DNA of 64,000 nt. It comes from Octopus bimaculoides. Lineage: Eukaryota. The stretch is taken from contig NC_068987.1 in NCBI RefSeq assembly GCF_001194135.2, forward strand, positions 99,320,557 to 99,384,556. The letters run 5' to 3'. Below, one piece after another: positions 1 to 11,109 of this stretch. Below the pieces are notes generated by a model that was not told where the DNA came from, made no database searches, and worked only from the letters and a program-made list of their open reading frames with translations. Within the stretch, counting starts at the first letter, position 1, and the number at the start of each line of letters is the position of its first letter. The position numbers and the translations under genes are program-made.

Positions 1-132
1 ATATATGTATGTATGTATTCAATCTAAGCTTGAACGAGCAAGATAAAAGACGCAAAAGCAACAACGAGTGGACGTGGAATAAATACAGTGTTATTGGAAG
101 CTCAGAAAAGGAAAGGAAAGGAAAGAAAGAGA

Positions 133-166
133 ATCGCACGTTTCGAGCGCAGCTTTTCATCAGAAA
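133..166 (-). ncRNA. Degenerate hammerhead-like core in a Penelope-type repeat end
   Basis: Minus strand reads TTT-CTGATGA-A-AAGC-tgc-GCTC-GAAAC-GTG: both conserved core boxes around a short stem II. Position 10.1 is mismatched and the base at the cleavage position is G, so this copy is probably inactive. Confidence 0.35.
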
Positions 167-1200
167 TATAGAAAAAGTTCAAAGAAGGGAAGACGGAGAA
201 AGAAAATCGCCAACGATACACACACTGTCACATATAAAAATAAAATATATATTGCGTGTGTGTGTGTTTATTCGTAACTCGAGATACGGTTTTGTATGTG
301 TCTGGGGATGTATGTAGCCATTGTTGTGTTACTGTATTTGTATTTGAAAACCAGTAAAAACAGAAAGAAAAAGCACTGAAAAAATGTTCGATCAAAACAA
401 ATACTCTTATCATACTATTTGTAAATTTTCCAATAGAGATATGTGATACGAACTGGGAAATGTGTTACTGATTGATTGAAGGCGTGAGTAAGGTTGACAA
501 TTACAGCCGTGGTCACTTGAGATCAGAAGAGGTCTGATAAAAAAAGTAATTTCACGACACATCTTGTTTGTATGGCAGTTCATTTAATCATTTGATTATT
601 CGTTCATTAAAGGAACGTGAAACTATAATGACTGTATTTGTGCTGACACTGTTTATTTAATACGGTGAATAACTGATTGGCTTTAGGCAACTCTTGACCT
701 AATAGTTGAACGTTTATGTGTGCATATATAAATTTATGATCATATACGTTTTGACGTCTTCTAATGTATTTACTGTTTCTTGATACTCAGCCTGACGTCA
801 GCCGTCATAGAGCAGATAGATAATCAAAGGTAATTTAACCGTTATAAACCCATTTTCTTCAATGTAAAAGGAATATGGTATTATATTATCGAATACATTT
901 TCTTTTGGACGGTGGTGATTGATTTCTAGGAATTTAGCTCCTATTTCTAATAGTTCGTTCTAAAGTCTACATATACGTTGTATATGTATATATATATATA
1001 TACATATGTGTATTGATGCGTGAGTGTGTAGGTAAATATTTGTTTCTTATTTTTGCAAGTTTAAAGAGATTGTACCATTAGAAGATTAGACAAACACAAA
1101 TACTCATACACAAACTCACACATACACACAAACACACAAACACACAAACACACACAAATGCATACGTATGCGCACACACTCAATATGAATGGATGAATGT

Positions 1201-2238
1201 TACAGAAGTTGGCTTCGCAATCATGAAACCTGTAAGGCCCCAAGGACATTCATGCTAACATGGTTCTTACATTAAAGGATAACCCTATATCTTTATTATC
1301 AGGACAAACGTGGGCAGCAGAATGTAATAGGGGAAGAGTTGAACTTGAAATTAAAGCTAGGTCTATATTTTCTGAAACTGCAACCATCGAGAAACACACT
1401 GATCACTACAGGGTGTTGGATGAGAATCATTTCAATATAAATCAAATGTTTTGCACAATGAAGGATTCTACTCTGTATGTACCACCTCTTCTGACATCAG
1501 ATCAAGAGAGTAGCAGACTGATTGAATCATGTGAAAATCTTACATTGCTTGAGGCAGATCCATCTGGTTTCTTTGGACGCTTCCTTACTCAGGAAGACTG
1601 TTGCTTTCATTACTCTGAGCCAGGGACAAAGAGAAAATACATGCAATAGAAATACCCCTACTCACCAATTCCAAAGAAGGTCATGGTCCTTTAATCTGCA
1701 GGGACGGTAATGGCCTCAGTATTTTGGTATGCAAAATGCACTACGTTTATTGACTATCTTCAGAAGGGCTATACCATCGGTGGAAAGTACTATGCCCAGA
1801 TGCTGATTCAATTATGAAAGTTTATCAAGACCAAACGCCCAGGAAATTTTGCGAAATGTATCGCGTTTCATGTGGACAATGATCCAACATACAAATCGTT
1901 GGTTTCAGTGGCTGCTGCGCGTGACGTTCGCTTTCTGCTGGTTGATTACCCTTCTTCTTCTCCTGATTTGACCCCATCTAACTTTCATCGTTTTTCGCAA
2001 CATGAAGATACACCTGGCAGCTAGGAACAAATATCGCAACAATGATGACATATTTGCTGTTGATAACATTTTTGTGCAAGAGCTTGAAAGAATCTTCACC
2101 AATGACATTGAAGCACTGCTTCTCCGATCGAAGAAGTGTGTGAACCGCAATGGGATCCATGTTGAATGTTAAACAATATATGGTTACATTTCATGAGAGT
2201 ATTTGATCATCCTATAAAGTTTTCAACCGTCTCTTGTA
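1201..2238 (+). mobile_element. Mariner (Tc1/mariner, DD34D-type) transposon fossil, 5-prime internally deleted
   Basis: Frame of ORF 1260-1649 continues through stops: APKDIHANMV..WAAECNRGR..YVPPLLTSDQ..FLTQEDCC..MQ*KYP..SAGTVMASVFWYAK..FIDYLQKG..FHVDND..DYPSSSPDLTPSNFH. These match mariner WVPRLL, TQDE, HQDNA and YSPDLAPSD motifs. The right end reads TTTTCAACCGTCTCTTG-TA at 2237-2238, and a TIR-like TACAGAAGTTGGCT starts at 1201. Confidence 0.93.
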
Positions 2239-2858
2239 TTATTTTTACTATAGCCGATGTTATCAAATTGTAATTTTCTCACGCTATCCCTCGTGGTGTT
2301 AAAGGAATTTACGACAAGTCGTAATTCTTCCTAGCCATTTCCCTCTCTACATATGCATCTTGTTGCCCATTATTTACAAAATATTTGTTACGACCATAAA
2401 CAATTCTAATAAAATATTAATTATATAACCTACAAACATTACAATTAAAACAGCTCTCTTGTTCTGTCTTGAGACATTAAACATTTGAAATCGGTCTTCC
2501 TACACATAAGTCCAAAATAGAAGATACATGTATAATCCAATGTCTTGTTATAAGCATTAAGCACTTATTTTAACTTCAGTGGACGGGCTTCGTATTCGTA
2601 CTTGAAACACTCATAAAACTCTATTCATTGTATATCATGTGTTTTCTCAGTCTAACATAAATTTATGTATATTCTAATAATCTGAAAAAAATACTGGAAT
2701 GGGCACTGTGTAATATCCACTATTTTTAACTTTAATACAATCTCAAATTTAAAATTTACGTTTTTACTATATTTAACATATTTTACTTAGAAATACCTGA
2801 AATAGTAACCGTAAATTATTCGTAAATCTCGTGTCCGCATTGCATATGTAGGTAATTT

Positions 2859-2865
<7 letters not shown>

Positions 2866-2909
<44 letters not shown>
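2866..2909. repeat. (CT)n microsatellite
   Basis: Direct inspection. Confidence 0.95.
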
Positions 2910-2914
<5 letters not shown>

Positions 2915-3668
2915 CTCGTTCTGCAGCAATACCATGGTTGGTGCTGTTATCATATATGGTCAAATAGTGAAATAGCGCAAAATCTAAAATAGATTTCTAC
3001 TATCACAGCTAAGAATATATTTAACTGATATGAAATTTGTTGACAGGTTTAATTTTTATTCTGTTCATTCGTCAGCGGGAAGTGTTCGGAAAACAAAACT
3101 TCACATTTTCGACGTCATATTGAGACGCGAATTTTATAAAATATAAAATATTTCAGACAGTTGCTATATATATAATATTTTTTAAAATATTTTTCTCGGC
3201 AAAATACATAAATATACAGAGACAGAATTTTCTTCCAACGAGATATAAACAGGCACCATATTATTGTTTTTATTTTCTATGTATAATAGAATAGATCTAG
3301 CTCTATTTGACGTATTTCAAGATAGGACATAGTAGTCTATTATTTAGGATTCGTTTCACTTTAACAATTCGCAGAACATAAATTTAGTGAAAATACTGAA
3401 TTTAAGTAAGAACTATGTTTAAACTAATTATCTGTGCAATGGCAGAACACTTCTTCGTATTCAATTACTTCAAAGAAAAATACGCAAAGTCTCCACTTTA
3501 CATTTTTCTGTCGTTTCTTTCTCCATTAATTGATCCATTTCTAATATCCCAAAGTGCTTATAGAGTGTCTCTTCTAACTACTTCATAACCTCTCCCCGAC
3601 CGTAACGCTAGGCTCTCCATACAATTCAATGCTGATATCAGAATAGATTTGTGATGAAAAAATGTGAT

Positions 3669-3689
3669 GTTATTATTATTATTATTATT

Positions 3690-3725
<36 letters not shown>

Positions 3726-3754
3726 ATTATTATTATTATTACTGTTATAATTAA

Positions 3755-3809
<55 letters not shown>

Positions 3810-3810
3810 T
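3669..3810. repeat. (ATT)n/(GTT)n compound microsatellite; (TAA)n tail of the adjacent minus-strand LINE
   Basis: Direct inspection; abuts the 3-prime end of the LINE fragment at 3811-4128. Confidence 0.95.
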
Positions 3811-4128
3811 ACTTTTTATCTGCATGTTTGTTACAATCACTTGCCAGGACACACCCAGCGACCTAGGTCGAGTGAGGGATAAAAGCTCTTACGGTATGAC
3901 TGAAAGTTTGGGGAAGGCAAGTGGTAAGGACAGTAGCAAACTATCTGCATGTATTACAACACAGACATTTAAATTGATAGGGCTTTTTCTAAGGGTATGG
4001 GCAGTACTTGGCAGCACAATCTTTTGGATTTCTCTGAAACATGGTTCTCCTAGGATATTATCTATTTTTTTCTGATATCACTTTCTTATCATACCTAGGA
4101 ACTGTTCTCGCTTTGAGATGTCATAGAG
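3811..4128 (-). mobile_element. 3-prime fragment of an RLE-type (R4/Dong-like) LINE
   Basis: Minus translation L*HLKARTVP..LGMIRK*YQKKIDNILGEPCFREIQKIVLPSTAHTLRK matches the C-terminal W.LK..P...G.LG.I..IQK.VL.GTAHILRK signature, followed by a 3-prime UTR and (TAA)n. Confidence 0.8.
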
Positions 4129-4231
4129 TAACCATAAGACCATGGTAGCAAACCACAGCACAATCCCAAGGCACACAGAGCTGCGCTCGGTAGTTAAGTG
4201 ATAGCACGCTATAAAAATAAGACTACTGAAT

Positions 4232-4290
<59 letters not shown>
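4127..4290 (+). mobile_element. Extreme 3-prime end of a second LINE family with (TAA)19 tail
   Basis: AAACCACAGCACAATCCCAAGGCACACAGAGCTGCGCTCGGTAG..ATAAAAATAAGACTACTGAA runs directly into (TAA)n at 4234-4290. I recall this as an octopus LINE 3-prime UTR; not database-checked. Confidence 0.55.
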
Positions 4291-4536
4291 GATCAGTAAA
4301 TATAAAGACTTGCTAATAGAAATTGAAAAAACTGTGGCACCTCAAGGCGACTACCATACCGGTGATTGTAGGATCTCTGGGAATGATAAAAAAAGGTACT
4401 GAAACCTATTTGAAAATGATACCAGGCTTACCATCCCAATAGCAAGTGCAAAGAATCGTGTTAACTGGAACGACTCATGTACTGAGAAAAGAATCTGAAC
4501 TCGTAAAAAGATGCGAAACGCCACTAAGTATAACTT

Positions 4537-4537
<1 letters not shown>
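4291..4537 (+). mobile_element. 5-prime truncated RLE-type (R4/Dong-like) LINE 3-prime fragment
   Basis: Translation ISKYKDLLIEIEKLWHLKATTIPVIVGSLGMIKKGTETYLKMIPGLPSQ*QVQRIVLTGTTHVLRK is the typical RLE C-terminus. It starts immediately after (TAA)n and ends in (CTA)n. Confidence 0.88.
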
Positions 4538-4611
<74 letters not shown>

Positions 4612-4619
4612 AACCACCA

Positions 4620-4654
<35 letters not shown>

Positions 4655-4800
4655 ACTGCCACTACTACTTCGTCTTCTCCTTCTTCTTCTTCTGATTATG
4701 AAGATGATGATGATGATGATGATGGTAGTGATTATGATGAGGATGACGTCGATTAAGACACCGCCGCGAATGACCAAGATGACGATAATGATGATGTTGG
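4538..4800. repeat. Compound trinucleotide array (CTA)n-(CTG)n-(CTT)n-(GAT)n
   Basis: Direct inspection. Confidence 0.95.
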
Positions 4801-6371
4801 TAAGTAGAAGAAGGAAAATATTATTTGATATTACTAATCGAGATATCAAATCTAATGGTTACCAGAGGTTTCTGTGTATTGGCTTACAGCGTTTAAAATA
4901 TTTTTCTAGCATCCAAGTAATATATTTATGCTTATTCAGTTGAATATTTGAATTTTCTGCTAAATTGGTCTTCAATAGAATCAAATATGTATATATTATT
5001 ATAACTTACTCTAATATTAAATTTTTAGTTTCTTCGTCATCACTGGCAATAAATCTCTACAGCCCTATATTTACATAGAGTTGGGTGACGTAAGTGATAT
5101 TACGAAGGAAACATTGCGACAGAAAACTGCTAATCATCTCAGCTGCACATTAGCTATTACAACAATTACCTTGTCCCTGCTAACAAAATAATTGAGTACC
5201 TTTCATGTGTATTTCTGGAATGAATCTGATTTCAGAAATAAACTAGTTTCTCAATTAGTGTCAAATATCTAATGTAAGGTGTAAATGTCAGTTAGTTTAT
5301 GGAAATGTATGCAAATAACATTTAATATGTTAGAATGTAGTGTTACAATCATGTGATGTAGTTTCATTTAATACGTTGTATTATGTGCTATACTGCCTGT
5401 CATCGTAACAAATAACACAAAGAGTTTTTTCTGAAGGAATACCCTGAATCAACCAAGGAAATACATCCGAAACTCTTACAACTACTTTATTTCCACAAAT
5501 TTTAAGACTATTCAAAGTGCCAAACGCACCACATATGGACCGTATTAACAAATGATGAAACGGTGTTACAGTTTTTTTTTTGTTTGCACATTGTCATTAT
5601 ATACCCAGGATAGATCATTATCACAACAATATTTTACTGTTTTACACAATAACGTTTAGCACCTACAACACTTTCAGGGCATTTGTGGTAAGAGTGGGAA
5701 GAAGGGCAGATGTAATTTCAGAGTATAAACTGCCTATATCGTTTCAATCGAGTGATATGATATAAAATTACGGTCATCTGGAAGACAAACAATAAATATT
5801 GTACAGGGAACACTGAACAATAATGATCAGAATAATGATATTTTTTTATGTATATAGAATGCACGTAAATAAAACATTGACGAATATACATATAAAGTAT
5901 CGCTGTAATTGGAAACACATAACAGACCAACAAATTATGTTTCGGCTCATTCTTAAATTATCCAATTTGAAATTAGAGTTTCATAATTGAGCCTCATCTA
6001 CACTAACTGGAAATATTTATGAGTAACATTTCGAATATATACTAGAGTCATCTTGAATTGAATTGCTTTCTTCTCAGTTTATTATTCATAACAAGTCATC
6101 TTCCAAGTTCCGTGATGTTAAAGATGCAGTGAAAATATTTTGTTGTTACAGACTCATTTAAATGAAATCAACGATTCATGCATATTCAAGTACGATAAAA
6201 GGGTATTGGGTTGAAGTTAAACTACTGAAGTACCAGTAGAAAAATTACTTTAGTAGTACTTTAGTATGATAACGGTACTTTAGCCATTTCTTTGTCATTT
6301 CAATTTAGAAGTCAAAAACAGATTTTTACATCTTCTTATATTTAATAATATAACCTTCACACATGGCAGTG

Positions 6372-6575
6372 ATCTGGCAGAATTGTTATCACGCCGGACA
6401 AAATGCTTAAAGGCATTTCATCCGTCTTTACGTTCTTTGTTCAAATTCCGCAGAAGTTGACTTTGTCATTCATTCCTTCAGAATTGTTGAAATAAGTACC
6501 AGTAGCGTACTGTGATCTATATAACCTACTACTCTCCTCTACCGAAATTGCTGGACTTGTGCCAAAAGTTAAATA
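6372..6575 (+). mobile_element. tRNA-type SINE (family A), diverged
   Basis: A-box-like TGGCAGAATTGTTA, B-box-like GTTCAAATTCC, body AAATAAGTACCAGT, tail AAATTGCTGGACTTGTGCCAAAA; homologous to many other copies in this window. Confidence 0.8.
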
Positions 6576-7561
6576 AATTAACTTCAATACTTTCTGAACG
6601 TTGTTATTGTTTTGTCCCAGAAATGTTATAATTAACGCTAATACTCTAATTGTAATCAACACTTTGAATTTTACACATCGTATCTAACGAAGATACACTA
6701 TGAAAATGCATGATGCTCTGGTTCTGCTCAGAAAAAAAATGTGCAACATATATCGGAGCTTGACGAACAGGGCATACATCTGTGAAAAGGCGAAAGATAT
6801 CTGATGACATTGTGAATCACCTACAAGAATGTTGTCCACCGCGCACCATTATATTGTATTTTCAGTATGTTTAGGAAAAGATACTAAATCTAAAAAGTAA
6901 AAGTATTATACCTTTCGTTACTGCATATATGTTTGATATACTACACTGCTGGCTATTTCCATGCAAGATTTCAATTACAAACAACACGTTCTGTTTGCAA
7001 GTATGTCATCTCATTTCTTTTGTTCAGCAGTATATCTAGGTCAATATCATGCACTATGTACTTGTTTAAGTAATCGAAGTTTCTATAAGATACATAAGGC
7101 CGCTATTTCTACAACGTCGAGCGACCTAATACGAGCTTACTATTTGAACTGATATCTTCCAGTAGTATTTCCAATTAGCTTAACACAAGCGGTGTCATAC
7201 ACGCATTAGTTTCGATGCTCGAATGCGATTCATTAAAATTTTCTTTTATATATATATGTATAGTTTTTTAAATAAAACTTGAATAGTATATTGAACTTAG
7301 ATGTCAGTTTAACACGATAGCGTCATACCATTTATGTTCTATTTCGAAGAAGATTCCATTCTGTCACACGTCTAAATAAATTTGGTGGTCACTAAAAGTT
7401 ATATGCTGCATCTATAAATTAGACACTCTGTAGCAATGGAACAAATCAATAACCATAAAAACATTGGAAAAAGTATAACTCTAATGTTTTTTCGTGTGAT
7501 TGAGCTGAAAATATTGATAAAGATAACAGCATTTGTCAGCCATATATCATCACAGTTATCG

Positions 7562-7564
<3 letters not shown>

Positions 7565-7610
<46 letters not shown>

Positions 7611-7776
7611 AGTTATTATTATTGTTGTTAGTACTATAATTTGATAGTTTCTGGCAAATTTCTACTGCATTACCTGCTTAACCAGCTTGTTGGGTTAGTG
7701 GCTTGATGAGTATCGGAGGAATGTGAACTCGGATCGCAAAGATGCAAGAAATGCGCTAAGACATTTGTCGGCCGTG
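7565..7776 (-). mobile_element. (ATT)n array followed by a degenerate family A SINE fragment
   Basis: GAATGTGAACTCGGATCGCAAAGATGCAAGAAATGCGCTAAGACATTT is the reverse complement of the family A head region. Confidence 0.5.
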
Positions 7777-8661
7777 TTAAAATAAGAAGAGTAATAAACG
7801 AGTGTGCATGTGTTTATTTTGCAAAAAAAATAAAAATAAATAAACGTCTATCCCGAAATATAACAATATCTGTTTACACGACTTCACATTAGAAATCTCC
7901 CAACGAAATTTCATAAACGTACATATATATCTATATATAAGCATATATGCATATAAGCGTATGTATGAATGTTTGTATACACACACANNNNNNNNNNNNN
8001 NNNNNNNNNNNNNNNNNNNNNNNNNNNNNNNNNNNNNNNNNNNNNNNNNNNNNNNNNNNNNNNNNNNNNNNNNNNNNNNNNNNNNNNNNNNNNNNNNNNN
8101 NNNNNTATATATATATATATTTGTATATATATGTATGATATAAACTTACCGTAGTTTGCAGTTTATGATGTACTATATGCAAGCAATTCTGCCGGAGGAA
8201 AGAGATTTCAAATGTCGTTGTTCAACACAAACTTAATTCAAAAATATTGTTTTTTGTAGTGAAATAACAGTTCATTAGGCGATAGTGTAAAATCGATGCA
8301 AATTTTAGAATGAAATATACACATGAATAGGTTAAAAATTAAAAAAAAATAATGAAAAAACTAAAATATTAGGAATCATTGTGGTTTTTGACGCGTCTAA
8401 GCATAGCAAGAATTTGGAAGTAACTACGAATTTCATGACATATTGAAAATTATTCACTTGATTAAACAACAAAAATAGTTTTTCTTTTTGTCATCATGGT
8501 TTTCATTTTCCTTATCCTTTTATTCGATGCCAGACCGACATATTTTCTCAAATGTTATGAAATATACATTACAAGCTTGCAATATCCTCAATGTATCAGG
8601 CTTCCGTAACACATGAAACTACTCATTTTTATCATCAATATTATTTAATAGAACACTTAGG

Positions 8662-10262
8662 TGGCGTTCCAAGAGAATCACTACCAGACAAAAGTTTTAG
8701 GGGCATTTCGTCCATCTGATTATTTTAAGTTCGAATTCCACCGAGGTCGACCATCCCTTTCATCCTTTTGAGGTCGATAAAGTCAAAACCCGTTGACAAC
8801 TAGGGACTATCCCTCGACCCCAAAATATCAGGCCTTGTGTCTATAGTAGAGCTGGCAGAATCTTTAGCACGATTAGCGACATTTCGTCCGTTTTTACGTT
8901 CTTAGTTTAAATTTCGACGCGGTTCGGTTCGCATTTCATCACTTCTGTGTTGATCACGTTTAGTGAAGTTGAGCGCTGGCGTCGATATTATCGACTGACC
9001 CGCTTCTCTGAGATTTTTGGCCGGGTGAAAAAATATGAAATCAATATTATTTATTATAATTGTTAGGGGCCAAGCTTGCAGAATCGTTCACATTTGGGGC
9101 AAAATACTTAACGGAATTTCGTCCGTCTTTACATACTGAACTCTTTTTCCACTCAGTTCGACTTTGAAATCAAACGTTAAGAGATCGATAAAATAAGTAT
9201 TAGTTGAGGGTTTCAGTCAATGTAATCGACCTAGATCTACTCCCGAAAATTTCGACCTTGTGCAAAAATTTTAAACCATTATTTTTGTTTTTATAATTAA
9301 TGGAGTACTTGAAGCATTAATATCGGTTTCAAATTTGCCAGAAAGCCAGCGAGGGGTTAAGTTTGAAATATGAACCAAAGTGTTCAACTGGTGCTCATTG
9401 TATTCATCCTGTAATGATGAAGCAACCGGAGCGGCATTAAATACCGCTATGTGTTTGTTGTCCAATTCGGTAACGGTTCTGTCAGCTCACCCCTTTAGTT
9501 GTATAATTGAATTCTGGCACAAGCCCAGCAATTTTGGGGAGTGTATGACATACACCTCAGAGCTCAGATAGTACTTATTTTATTGACCCTTACGGTATAA
9601 CCGGTAATTTGAACTTAGAACGTAGCATTGGGCGAAATGCTGCTAAGCATTTTGCCCGGCCTGGCGGAATAGTAGTATTAATATAGTCGTAGTCACGGCG
9701 GGCTGAATACTTAGAAGCACTTCGTCCGTCTTCACGTTCTGATTTCACATTTCGCCGAGGTCGACTTTGCATTTCATCAATTTGGAGTCGATAAAGTAAG
9801 TACAAGTTGAGCCCTGGCGTTGATGTGATCGACTTAAAATTGTTGGCCTTGCGCCAAAATTTGAAATCGATATTAATATATACATTAAGGCAGAATCGTG
9901 TGGACGCCCGTAGCACGAGGAGCAAAATGCTAAGCGGCATTTCATCTTCCGAGTTCATATGTCATGGGGGTTGATCTTGCTTTTCATCCATTTGACTGGC
10001 CATTTTTGTTAAAATTTGAACCCGGTTTTAATATAGTTATTAATGCGGCAAGCTGGTTGCATCGTTCCCTGCGATGTAAAATATACTTAGCGGCATTTCT
10101 TCCGACTTTACCTTCTAAGTTCAAGTACTGCCAGGATCGTATTTTGGTTTCCTTCGTTCTTGGAGATAAAATAAGTAGCAGTTGAAGAATAGAGTCGATA
10201 CAATCTGTTTACCTTTTTACTCCGATAATCCTGGCTTTGTGCCAAAACATTCAAACCAATAT
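8662..10262. mobile_element. Array of eight family A SINE copies, orientation + + + - - + + +
   Basis: Approximate copies: 8662-8850 (+), 8851-9040 (+), 9066-9282 (+), 9318-9493 (-), 9505-9670 (-), 9700-9875 (+), 9886-10030 (+), 10047-10262 (+). Each shows part of GGCAGAATCG..TTAGCGGCATTTCGTCCGTC..GTTCAAATT..GAGGTCGAC..GATAAAATAAGTA..GGCCTTGTGCCAAAATTTGAAA. Confidence 0.85.
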
Positions 10263-10311
10263 CAATAATACAGTTCTATATTTAAGATATGAGGAATCGT
10301 GCACATTATTT

Positions 10312-10465
10312 ACATTATTTACATTGGACGGATATTTGTCCTCATCTTGTTTGTTGTTAGCACAACGTTTCGGCTGATATACACTCCAAGCCTTCATCAG
10401 GTGTCTTGGGGGAAATTTCGAACCTGGGTTCGCATTCCTAATGTATTTGACGATGTTATTATTAC

Positions 10466-10512
<47 letters not shown>

Positions 10513-10601
10513 GAAATTTCCCCAAGACACCTGATGAAGCCTGGAGGGTATACAACAAACAACAAGATGAGGACAAATAGCCGTCAAATGTATATAATGT
10601 A
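10312..10601. repeat. Fold-back inverted repeat (arms 10312-10422 and 10510-10601) with an (ATT)n spacer
   Basis: Left arm GACGGATATTTGTCCTCATCTTGTTTGTTG..CCTTCATCAGGTGTCTTGGGGGAAATTTCGAA is the reverse complement of right arm TTCGAAATTTCCCCAAGACACCTGATGAAGCC..CAACAAGATGAGGACAAATAGCCGTC; the right arm lacks about 20 bp. Confidence 0.9.
10359..10405 (-). ncRNA. Minimal type I hammerhead ribozyme-like motif
   Basis: Minus strand GACAC-CTGATGA-A-GGCT-(13 nt loop)-AGCC-GAAAC-GTT-GTGCT: intact core boxes, 4-bp stem II closed by G-C, palindromic ACGT stem III, GUU cleavage triplet, stem I GACAC/GTGCT with one mismatch. Confidence 0.6.
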
Positions 10602-11109
10602 CAATATTAATAAATTAATAGATTTTCTTTCAGCTGAAGCTATTGAGGTTTTCTACACTCTTATCTATTTAGTGTAAATTGATGTCGTTTCATTTTTTGG
10701 TTGGTGAGTTTTCTGAAAATCAAACCCCTTCTCGAGATACCATACTTCTTTCCTGATCACATTTCTCTGATCGTGCTCATATCCGATAGATTTCTGTTTT
10801 TGAAGTGTTCGGATCTAATCTACAAAAGATTTGAACTACACTACCGTTCCCCTTCGTCCTCTTCCTCCACTTCCTCCTCTCCCCTTCATCCTTCCAAAGC
10901 TCATGCCTGTCGATATTTGATTTCGTGTGATATATTTCCTCTATGATTGAGAAGTTAATTTCCTTTGTGTATACTCTCTTCTCTTGATTTTATTCGGTTT
11001 TTAATTAAAGATGTTGCAACTGTATGCTACAATTACGAATTGTGCCTCATGGGTGAATGTAAAACGCCTAGCTACATTCAGCTAATTTTAAAAACATCAT
11101 CCCCTTTCC

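Noticed and set aside
793-800. Perfect CRE palindrome TGACGTCA
   Set aside because: A single 8-mer within what looks like decayed repeat sequence, with no associated promoter; expected by chance at this window size.
1260-1649. Domesticated SETMAR-like transposase gene
   Set aside because: In-frame stops, a frameshift and a D-to-N change in the third catalytic motif; no SET domain.
3651-4943. Long low-complexity ORFs (poly-I, V, L, T, S), and similar ones at 20076-20525, 46447-47198 and 52570-52944
   Set aside because: They are translations of trinucleotide microsatellites or run through N gaps; open in several frames on both strands.
8662-10262. CRISPR-like array
   Set aside because: Units are about 200-bp diverged SINEs in both orientations, not short identical repeats with unique spacers; eukaryotic context and no cas genes.
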